NCBI GenBank assembly: GCA_964654465.1
Contig: CAZZIO010000038.1
Location: forward strand, 1 to 10,779
Length of the DNA: 10,779 nucleotides
Reading direction: 5' to 3'
Origin: an uncultured Dictyoglomota bacterium
GTDB taxonomy: Bacteria > Dictyoglomota > Dictyoglomia > Dictyoglomales > Dictyoglomaceae
The position numbers and the translations under genes were made by a program. Positions 1-6,781 of the stretch are shown here, one piece after another; the stretch's first letter is position 1; the number at the start of each line of letters is the position of its first letter. Under the pieces are notes generated by a model. The model worked only from the letters and a program-made list of their open reading frames with translations, was not told where the DNA came from and ran no database searches.

Positions 1-704
1 TGCTTTTATTTCTTGATGCTGATGTGGAACCAAGAGAAGATTTTATAGAGGTTCTTTTAACAAGTTATGAAAAATATAAAGGATTGGTATCTTGTTGGCC
101 ATATCAAAGATTTGAAAGGTTTTATGAGCATTTGAATTTTACCTTTAACTTAGTATCCATATTCTCCATGGCATTATTGGGTAAAAAAGATGGGGCCTTT
201 GGACCAGCCATGTTGATATCTAAAAAAGATTACGAAATGGTAGGGGGCCATAAAGAGGTCAAAGATAAAGTAGTAGAAGACATGTCCCTTGCCAAAAATT
301 GCATTCAAAAAAACATACCTGTAAATAACTTCTTAGGAAATGGATATATAAAATTTAGAATGTATCCTAATGGGATTTTAGATCTTTTCAGAGGTTTTAG
401 TAAAAATATGGCCAAAGGAGCTTTTTCAATTAACCTATTAAACTTCCTTCTTATTTTCTTTTATATTTATGGTGTATATGCCAGCATCTTCTATTTCAAG
501 AGCAATCTTTTCAATATACTATACCCCCTTTATGTCTTTCAATTTTATATACTACAAAGAAAATTAGGAGATTATAAATGGTATGATGCCCTATTTTTTC
601 CCTTACATTTTATCTTCTTTTTATTTGTCTTTTCCTACTCCATATTTAGAACCTTCTTTACAAAAACAGTAATATGGAAGGGGAGAAAAATTCGTGTGGA
701 TTAA
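1..704 (+). CDS. Family 2 glycosyltransferase, 5'-truncated by the window (CrtQ/CruC-like membrane-associated type)
   Basis: The frame is open from base 3 (LLFLDADVEP, a DxD motif), so GTG 24 is not the true start. It has GAFGPAMLIS..Y...GGH, VVEDMSLA (catalytic ED), FRMYP and a hydrophobic C-terminus ending in WKGR, typical of this GT2 subgroup. Confidence 0.85.
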   Translation, partial: LLFLDADVEPREDFIEVLLTSYEKYKGLVSCWPYQRFERFYEHLNFTFNLVSIFSMALLGKKDGAFGPAMLISKKDYEMVGGHKEVKDKVVEDMSLAKNCIQKNIPVNNFLGNGYIKFRMYPNGILDLFRGFSKNMAKGAFSINLLNFLLIFFYIYGVYASIFYFKSNLFNILYPLYVFQFYILQRKLGDYKWYDALFFPLHFIFFLFVFSYSIFRTFFTKTVIWKGRKIRVD

Positions 705-1305
705 CATTTTGGTAATTCTTTTTCAATTTCTTTCAGGTTCCATAATGTACTCATATATTATAGCTAAGATGTTAAATATAGACCTATCAAAAATAAGAGA
801 TGGAAACCCAGGGGCATCAAATTTATGGAGAGCAAAGGGATGGAAATATGGCATATTAGCCCTACTCCTTGATTACTTGAAAGGAGCATTACCCCTTACC
901 ATTTTTATATCCTTAGGTATGGTAGAGAATAAATATATCATAGCTTTTTCTGCTCTTGCTGGAGTACTTGGACATGCCTTTTCCCCTATGTTAAGATTTA
1001 AAGGGGGAAAAGCTGTAGCTGTATCCTTTGGAGCATGGTCTGTACTTACCAAATGGGAGGCTCCTACTATTTTAGGAGCCACTTTTACTATCTTTACAAT
1101 GATAAAACCTAAAGATACCACTGTAGAAGAGGATGCATTAAGAGTAATCATGGGATTTATAGTACTTTCTCCATACATAACTTATAAATTCTTTTTGGGT
1201 GAAAAACATTTACTATTATTTTACGCTGGTAATTTTGCCGTTATACTGTATAAACATTGGAAAGATCTTAAAGGTTATCTCTCAAAATTTTTAAATTATT
1301 CGTAA
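694..1305 (+). CDS. PlsY-family (DUF205) membrane acyltransferase, divergent paralog
   Basis: 203-aa hydrophobic ORF with PlsY-like motifs DGNPGASNLWR, LLLDYLKG and GHAFSP..RFKGGKAVA. The GTG start overlaps the GT2 3' end, with GGGAG upstream. Confidence 0.85.
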   Translation: MWINILVILFQFLSGSIMYSYIIAKMLNIDLSKIRDGNPGASNLWRAKGWKYGILALLLDYLKGALPLTIFISLGMVENKYIIAFSALAGVLGHAFSPMLRFKGGKAVAVSFGAWSVLTKWEAPTILGATFTIFTMIKPKDTTVEEDALRVIMGFIVLSPYITYKFFLGEKHLLLFYAGNFAVILYKHWKDLKGYLSKFLNYS

Positions 1306-1384
1306 GGGCCTATTTTAGTTTTTTTAAAATATAAGAAAAATTTTCTATAAGTTCTTTAACCTTTTGAGGAGTGGAGTGTTTTTT

Positions 1385-1495
1385 CTATAAGTTTTTTAAT
1401 TTTCCATTTTTTCTTTTATATTTATCCCAAACTTCTGAAATAGGAAGTTTAATTATTGTGTGTTTCTTATTGATTATAACCTTTTTATCAAGCAT
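1385..1495 (-). pseudogene. Short or frameshifted remnant of an unknown gene
   Basis: AGGTGA RBS-like site, then MLDKKVIINKKHTIIKLPISEVWDKYKRKNGKLKNL*. Coding-like text (HSTPQKVKELIENFSYILKKLK*) continues in another frame toward ~1315. No family recognised. Confidence 0.3.
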
Positions 1496-1895
1496 ATTTT
1501 AGATCACCTATTATTTTGCATCCTGGTAGTGTTTTCTTTTTAAGAATCTACTTATATAGTTCAGATAGATCAATAAATATATATTCAAAATAGAGAAGAA
1601 ACAAAAGAACTTTATCCTCTTTCCATAACTTTTATATATGAACCCTTATTTCTAATTCTTAGTATGAGTTTGATGGTATTAAGAAAGGTTTTTTTCCCCA
1701 GAACATAAAAGAGATATTAAACACCTCCAGTCTTTCCACATAAGCCTTTTAAAACGCCTTTAAACTTGCAAGAGTCTCAGATTTCATCGGTGAAATAAGT
1801 GTTAATAAACAAATACTAATCTTACTCGAGGCTTTAGAAAAAAATGAAATCAAATACAGAACTTATAAACTATCATAAGATTGTAAATTAAAAAC

Positions 1896-1934
1896 ATGAA
1901 CCAATTTACCAGTGGCTAAATTGCTACGGGTTTT
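1896..1934. mobile_element. Possible degenerate IS200/IS605-family terminal hairpin
   Basis: ATGAACCAATTTACCAGTGGCTAAATTGCTACGGGTTTT has an imperfect stem, CCAGTGGC (1909-1916) / GCTACGGG (1923-1930). The minus strand ends ...GGTTCAT, resembling IS605/IS1341 right ends. No tnpA/tnpB in the window. Confidence 0.35.
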
Positions 1935-2026
1935 TAACACATCTTAGTAGATTTTACATTAAAGATGCATAAGATTAAATTTCTCCACTTTATATAGCCT
2001 AACCATTAAGTAAAGTTAGATCTGAA

Positions 2027-2055
2027 TTGCTGAATCAGTTATTTCATGTTATTAT
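2027..2055 (+). promoter_or_regulatory. Sigma70/SigA-type promoter with extended -10 for the three-gene operon
   Basis: TTGCTG (2027-2032), 17-nt spacer, TATTAT (2050-2055), with TG at 2047-2048. RBS GAGGT at 2088-2092 precedes ATG 2099. Confidence 0.55.
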
Positions 2056-2098
2056 TAATACAGATAAGTTAATAGATAATCATTATTGAGGTAAAATT

Positions 2099-3184
2099 AT
2101 GATTAGAATATGTATAATAGGTGCAGGAAACGGAGGACAAGCTTTAGCAGGTTACCTTTCTATGAAAGGTTATGATGTTTCCTTATACAATAGAAGCGAG
2201 TGGAGAATAGAACCTATTAAAAATTCTGGAAAAATCATATTAGAAGGAGAATATTCTGGGGAATATGAAATCTCTTTAGCAACTACAGATATAAAATCTG
2301 CAATAAAGGATAGAGAACTAATCTTAGTTGTAGTACCAGCCTTTGCTCATAGAGAGATAGCTGAGAAATTGGCACCTCACTTAGAAGATGATCAATTAAT
2401 TGTTTTAAATCCAGGAAGAACAGGAGGAGCTTTGGAGTTTAGAAAAGTTTTAAAGGATAAAGGATGTAGAAAAAAGGTGTTTATTGCTGAAGCCCAAACT
2501 TTCATATTTGCTTCAAGATGTTCTAACCCTGGAGTAGTAAGAATATTTAGAAAAAAGAATGCGGTTCCAGTATCCTGCCTTCCTGCAAAGGATAATCCAA
2601 TATTACAGAAAACATTAAAAAGAGTAATGCCTGAATTTGAAATTGCAAAAAATATAGTTATTACAAGTTTCAACAATATAGGTGCAGTTTTTCATCCAGC
2701 TACTACAATTTTAAATGTAGCAAGAATTGAATTCACTTTTGGAAAATTTGAATTCTATTTTGAAGGAATATCCCCTTCTGTAGCAAAAGTTTTAGAATCT
2801 ATTGATGAAGAAAGATGCAATGTTATGAAAGCTTTTAAAGTAGAGCCTCTCACAGCAAAACAATGGTTAAAATATGCTTATGATGTAGATGGTAGAGATC
2901 TTTATGAAGCTATTCACAGTAACTCTGGATATAGAGACATAATGGCACCTACCGTAATTGCTAATAGATATATTTTAGAAGATGTGCCCATGAGTCTTGT
3001 CCCCATCTCCTCCTTTGGAAAACATTTTGGCATCTCTACTCCTACTATAGATGCTACTATACATCTTGTTTCTGTTATGATGGGAGAGGATTACTATTCT
3101 AAGGGGAGGACTGTAAAATCTTTGGGCTTAGAGGGAATGACTGCAGAAGATATAATAAGATACATAGAGGTGGGGGAAGAGTGA
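2099..3184 (+). CDS. NAD(P)-dependent octopine/nopaline (opine) dehydrogenase family protein
   Basis: 361 aa. Rossmann IIGAGNGG followed by YNRS; family motifs LNPGRTGG, AEAQT, NNIGAVFHP, FYFEG and RYILEDVP. Confidence 0.9.
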   Translation: MIRICIIGAGNGGQALAGYLSMKGYDVSLYNRSEWRIEPIKNSGKIILEGEYSGEYEISLATTDIKSAIKDRELILVVVPAFAHREIAEKLAPHLEDDQLIVLNPGRTGGALEFRKVLKDKGCRKKVFIAEAQTFIFASRCSNPGVVRIFRKKNAVPVSCLPAKDNPILQKTLKRVMPEFEIAKNIVITSFNNIGAVFHPATTILNVARIEFTFGKFEFYFEGISPSVAKVLESIDEERCNVMKAFKVEPLTAKQWLKYAYDVDGRDLYEAIHSNSGYRDIMAPTVIANRYILEDVPMSLVPISSFGKHFGISTPTIDATIHLVSVMMGEDYYSKGRTVKSLGLEGMTAEDIIRYIEVGEE

Positions 3185-4812
3185 AAAAGATTTTAGGGGC
3201 AAGTATTGGAAGTTGTATTCATACCGCAGGAGTTCTTAATTTTTTAAACCTTGCTGAGAAATTAGGCTTTAAAACTATATATCTTGGAGGAGCAATTTCC
3301 ATAAAGGAACTCATAGAGGCAATTATTGAGACAAATCCAGAAATTGTTGCTATAAGTTATAGATTAGGAAGAGAACCGTTAAGAAATTTACTTTCAGATT
3401 TAGAAAAGGAACTTAAAAGCAAAAACTTAATGGAAAACAGGATATTTCTATTTGGAGGTACAAAGGAAACAGGTGAAGTAGCAAGGGAATTTTCCTATAT
3501 TTATAAGGTTTTTGATGGCTCAGAAGAGATAGAAGATGTCATAGATTTTTTAAAAGAGATTCAGGGAGAGATTATAGATAAAAAAGATAAAAGGACATTT
3601 CCTCAAACTTTAAAAGAAAGAATAAATTGGAAAAGTCCCTTTCCTCTATTCAGACATCATATAGGCCTCCCAAGTCTTGATGAAACCATAAAAGAAATAG
3701 AAAAATTAGCAGATTCAGGATTATTAGATATTATCTCAATAGCTCCAGACCAAAATACTCAAAGCTATTTTTTTGAACCTGAAAAAATGGATCCAAAACA
3801 AGATGGTGCAGGAGGGGTTCCGTTAAGGAAAAAAGAGGATTTTATAAGATTATATAATGCTACAAGAAGAGGAAACTTTCCATTATTAAGATGTTATTCT
3901 GGCACTAAAAATCTTATTGAATTTTCAAAGCTTCTTAAAGAAACCATTAATAATGCATGGTCCGCTATACCTCTAACTTGGTATTCTGATTTGGACAGAA
4001 GATCAGATCGAGAACTTTTATCAGCAATAAAAGAAAATATGGAAGGTATAAAATGGAATGCAGAAAATGGAATTCCTGTAGAAATCAATGAATCTCATCA
4101 ATGGGAACTAAGAAATGCCCATGATGCCATTGGAGTTGCAACATGCTATATAGCTAGTTTAGTAGCAAAGAAACTTGGGGTTAAGGAATACGTAGCTCAA
4201 TATATGCTAAATACTCCTCCCAATATATCACCTAAGATGGATATAGCAAAGGCTCTTGCAAAGATTGAGCTTGTAGAATCTTTACATGATGAAGATTTTG
4301 TCTCTTACAGAATGATAAGAACAGGACTTTTATCCTTTCCAGCAGACCCTTATTCTGCTATGGGACAATTGGTATCCTCAATGTTTTATGGGGCCTATTT
4401 AAAACCCCATATAATTCATGTAGTATCCTATTCTGAGGCTATGTATCCTGCGAGGAGTAAAGAGATTATAGAGAGTGTAAAGATGGTGAAAAGAGCTTAT
4501 ATCTTAGCTTCTTCAGGGCTTCCTGATTTCTCATCGGATCCCGAAATTCTCAAAAGAAAGGAAGAACTAAAAGAGGAAGCTTTAATTATTCTCGACGCTA
4601 TAAAAAACTTGGCAAAATCAGAGGATGATTTTTTATCACCTGAAAATATATATAATGCCATCAAATGCGGTATATTAGATGCTCCCATGCTCAAAGGATT
4701 CTCTGTGGCAAGAGGGGAAGTTAAAACTTTCGTAATAAATGGTGCTAATTATTGTGTAGATGAAAGGGGAAAAATTCTTAAAGAAAAGGAAAGAATAGAA
4801 AGATTAATATGA
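3181..4812 (+). CDS. Cobalamin-binding-domain protein fused to a large catalytic domain (putative AdoCbl-dependent mutase-like enzyme)
   Basis: 543 aa. The N-terminal B12-binding domain has CIHTAG (variant of DxHxxG, His14), SYRL and FGG at the expected spacing. The ~400-aa C-terminal domain has no CxxxCxxC. GTGA overlap with the upstream stop; GAGGTG RBS. Confidence 0.8.
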   Translation: MKKILGASIGSCIHTAGVLNFLNLAEKLGFKTIYLGGAISIKELIEAIIETNPEIVAISYRLGREPLRNLLSDLEKELKSKNLMENRIFLFGGTKETGEVAREFSYIYKVFDGSEEIEDVIDFLKEIQGEIIDKKDKRTFPQTLKERINWKSPFPLFRHHIGLPSLDETIKEIEKLADSGLLDIISIAPDQNTQSYFFEPEKMDPKQDGAGGVPLRKKEDFIRLYNATRRGNFPLLRCYSGTKNLIEFSKLLKETINNAWSAIPLTWYSDLDRRSDRELLSAIKENMEGIKWNAENGIPVEINESHQWELRNAHDAIGVATCYIASLVAKKLGVKEYVAQYMLNTPPNISPKMDIAKALAKIELVESLHDEDFVSYRMIRTGLLSFPADPYSAMGQLVSSMFYGAYLKPHIIHVVSYSEAMYPARSKEIIESVKMVKRAYILASSGLPDFSSDPEILKRKEELKEEALIILDAIKNLAKSEDDFLSPENIYNAIKCGILDAPMLKGFSVARGEVKTFVINGANYCVDERGKILKEKERIERLI

Positions 4813-5744
4813 GAATTGGGATAGCTTATAATCTTCCTTGTTCTTCAGATTATGAATTAATGGTAAATGAAATAGAAAATATTCTAAAAGATGAGGGATA
4901 TACTGTAACTTTAATCCCTGTCTCAGAAAACTTTCTAGAAAGAATTAAAAGTGTTGACTTTGTTTTCAATCTTTTCACTCAAGGAAAAGAAACAAGACAA
5001 ATACTTATACCATCACTATGTGATTTTTTAGGGATCCCCTATACAGGTCCTTCAGCATATACCCACTCTCTCTGTCTTAATAAAACCCATACCAAGATTT
5101 TATTACAATACTACAAAATTCCAACACCTCCATTTTTTCTTGTGTATCCTGATGAAAGAATACCCAAGAATATTAATCTTTCTTTTCCTCTTTTTGTCAA
5201 ACCAAACAGAGAGGGGAGTGGAAAGGGAATAAGAAAAGAGTCCTTAGTAAGAAACAAAGAAGAGCTAAAATATATGATAGATTATATTCATAAAGAATTT
5301 CAAGAAGAAGCTTTAGTTGAGGAATTCATAGAGGGTAAAGAGATAAGTGTGGGAATTCTCGGAAACAAGAAGAATTTAGAGATTCTCCCCCTCTTGGAAA
5401 TTGATTTTTCAGAACTTCCTGAAAGTGTTGAAAGATTTTACTCTGGAAGAGTAAAAGAAGAGTTTGGAGAGAAAACTAAATATTTTTGTCCTGCAAGAAT
5501 AGATAAAAATATAGAAAAAAGTATAAAAGATATTGCAAGAAGTATTTTTATGTATTTTGGACTTAGAGATTATGCAAGGATTGATGTGAGAGTAAGAGGA
5601 GAAGAAATTTTTATTTTAGATGTAAATTCACTTCCTCTTTTAATTCCTAATTACTCTGATATTGTAAAAATGGCAGAAGCAAAAGGATACAGTTACAAAG
5701 ATTTAATATTAAAAATCCTTAATAGCTCACTATCCAAAGAGTGA
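4809..5744 (+). CDS. ATP-grasp ligase, D-Ala-D-Ala ligase-like but not canonical Ddl
   Basis: 311 aa with GIPYTG, LNKTHTK, FPLFVKPNREGSGKGI, LVEEFIEGKEISVG, YARIDVR and ILDVNSLP. Lacks the Ddl N-terminal GGxSxE motif. ATGA overlap with the upstream gene. Confidence 0.88.
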   Translation: MRIGIAYNLPCSSDYELMVNEIENILKDEGYTVTLIPVSENFLERIKSVDFVFNLFTQGKETRQILIPSLCDFLGIPYTGPSAYTHSLCLNKTHTKILLQYYKIPTPPFFLVYPDERIPKNINLSFPLFVKPNREGSGKGIRKESLVRNKEELKYMIDYIHKEFQEEALVEEFIEGKEISVGILGNKKNLEILPLLEIDFSELPESVERFYSGRVKEEFGEKTKYFCPARIDKNIEKSIKDIARSIFMYFGLRDYARIDVRVRGEEIFILDVNSLPLLIPNYSDIVKMAEAKGYSYKDLILKILNSSLSKE

Positions 5745-5811
5745 AATAGAAGATCATTTCTACAGAATAAAAGATAAAAACTAATAATATCTAACGAATT
5801 GAAGTTGTGCT

Positions 5812-5840
5812 ATTTAAATCCCACATAGTTCAGATCAAAC
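5812..5840 (-). CRISPR. Solitary CRISPR-like repeat (29 bp, type I-B-like); no array
   Basis: The minus strand reads GTTTGATCTGAACTATGTGGGATTTAAAT. Length, GTTT start and ATTTAAAT 3' handle match, from memory, Thermotogae/Clostridia-type I-B repeats. No second copy at spacer distance on either side. Confidence 0.65.
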
Positions 5841-5915
5841 TTTTTCATGATAATATCTTTAAATTTTACCTTAATGAACTAAGAGACAGGATAAGAGCTT
5901 ATAGATGTGGAAGAG

Positions 5916-6083
5916 ATGAAAACTTTATTAAAAAGGATAGTTTGTGGATATTTTAAGACTTCAGATTATAAATCTATTGAAAAAGGAGAAAAATTGTTAT
6001 ACTTAGGGGAAGTAAGAGAAAAAAGATATTTAGTATCTATCAAAGATTTAAAATGGACAATTAATGATTGGAGAGATTTTTAG
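5916..6083 (+). pseudogene. 55-aa ORF, probably the C-terminal fragment of a larger unknown gene
   Basis: MKTLLKRIVCGYFKTSDYKSIEKGEKLLYLGEVREKRYLVSIKDLKWTINDWRDF*. The frame extends upstream (ELIDVEE) to a stop; purine-rich, coding-like composition. Confidence 0.4.
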
Positions 6084-6122
6084 AGGATAACAAGATTTTA
6101 AAACTAAAAGGAGGAAATTAAT

Positions 6123-6213
6123 ATGGTAAATTTAGATAATTGAAGTTATTAAAACAAGAAGAATTGTTAGAGAATATATAGATAAAGAGATTGAAGAAGA
6201 AAAGCTAAAGTAA
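6123..6213 (+). pseudogene. Nitroreductase-family N-terminal remnant (frameshifted, truncated)
   Basis: Strong RBS AAGGAGG at 6108-6114 and ATG at 6123, with a stop at 6141. The +1 frame from 6136 reads IIEVIKTRRIVREYIDKEIEEEKLK*, matching the nitroreductase IxxRRS(I/V)Rx(F/Y)xxxxI FMN-binding start. Confidence 0.7.
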
Positions 6214-6474
6214 AAAGCAGTTTAAAAAAGAGAAAGATGAATTTTTCATTAAGTGAGATATTTTGGCTAAGTTTACTAAAAGATTATAGGTAAACCAACC
6301 ATCCTTTGTGATAAAATATATAGACTTAGAAGTAACAGTAAGAATTCCTGTATCCACATGAACTTTTTTAAAAGTTTCTACAGAATTTCCTTTAAAAGAT
6401 CCAACACGATAATAAACCCTTTTGGCTATTTTAATATTTTCTCCATACTTCTCTTCAAGGTAGTCTATACTACC
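6205..6474 (-). pseudogene. Start-less fragment of a conserved hypothetical protein
   Basis: 89 open codons GSIDYLEEKYGENIKIAKRVYYRVGSFKGNSVETFKKVHVDTGILTVTSKSIYFITKDGWFTYNLLVNLAKI..., preceded by TGA TAA with no start codon. The beta-rich GxLxVTxKxIYF pattern is reminiscent of bacterial PH-like domains. Confidence 0.5.
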
Positions 6475-6476
6475 TT
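6457..6476. repeat. Perfect 8-bp inverted repeat
   Basis: AAGGTAGT-CTAT-ACTACCTT, located at the broken 5' end of the minus-strand fragment. Confidence 0.7.
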
Positions 6477-6781
6477 ATCAAAGTATATTAAACTCATTTA
6501 AATTAAAGGTTAAAGAAATAAGATAAAGTTCTAAAAAAAGCAGAAACAAAGGAAATTTTCTTGTAGAGATTGAAGTAAATTTAAAGACTTGTAATCTGCT
6601 CTCGCTTATGATAAACAAAATGTAACCTAAAAAATAAAAAAACATTACAACTCTACTATAATCCATACCTTTATAAATGATACTTTTTTTAATAAAAATT
6701 ATCCTTAATTAAAGTAACAAGTATACCCATTATAAACTGTATTAATGTTGGGCTATATATTCTTTTTTGGGATAAAAATTC

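Noticed and set aside
1341-1399. Direct repeat TTTTCTATAAGTT(C/T)TTTAA, two copies with 18/19 identity
   Set aside because: Low complexity, only 21 nt apart, and explained by similar codons (KELIE/KKLIE) on the minus strand; not a CRISPR array.
1543-1571. Second possible CRISPR repeat copy sharing ATAGTTCAGAT (1556-1566) with the repeat at 5812-5840
   Set aside because: Only 16 of 29 positions match, both ends differ, and it lies 4.3 kb away inside coding-like debris; compatible with chance.
1781-1796. Palindrome ATTTCA-TCGG-TGAAAT as an operator or terminator
   Set aside because: Short, AT-rich stem with no U-tract, far from the predicted promoter.
1740-2098. Cobalamin riboswitch upstream of the B12-protein operon
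   Set aside because: Only isolated fragments (GGTGAAAT on plus, GCCACTG on minus); no GGGAA / CCCGCxACTGT / B12-box arrangement, and the predicted promoter leaves only a ~35-40 nt leader.
873-4694. Antisense ORFs 873-1178, 2392-2676, 3894-4088 and 4497-4694
   Set aside because: Entirely inside well-supported opposite-strand genes, with no recognisable motifs; shadow ORFs.
3181-4812. B12-dependent radical SAM methyltransferase annotation
   Set aside because: No CxxxCxxC motif; the cysteines are isolated.
4809-5744. Assigning the symbol ddl or a vancomycin-resistance ligase
   Set aside because: The D-Ala-binding N-terminal motifs are missing and there is no cell-wall or van gene context.
6478-6666. 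62-aa ORF as a real membrane protein gene
   Set aside because: The hydrophobic composition is expected from T-rich sequence and no family is recognisable; kept only as context for the adjacent fragment.
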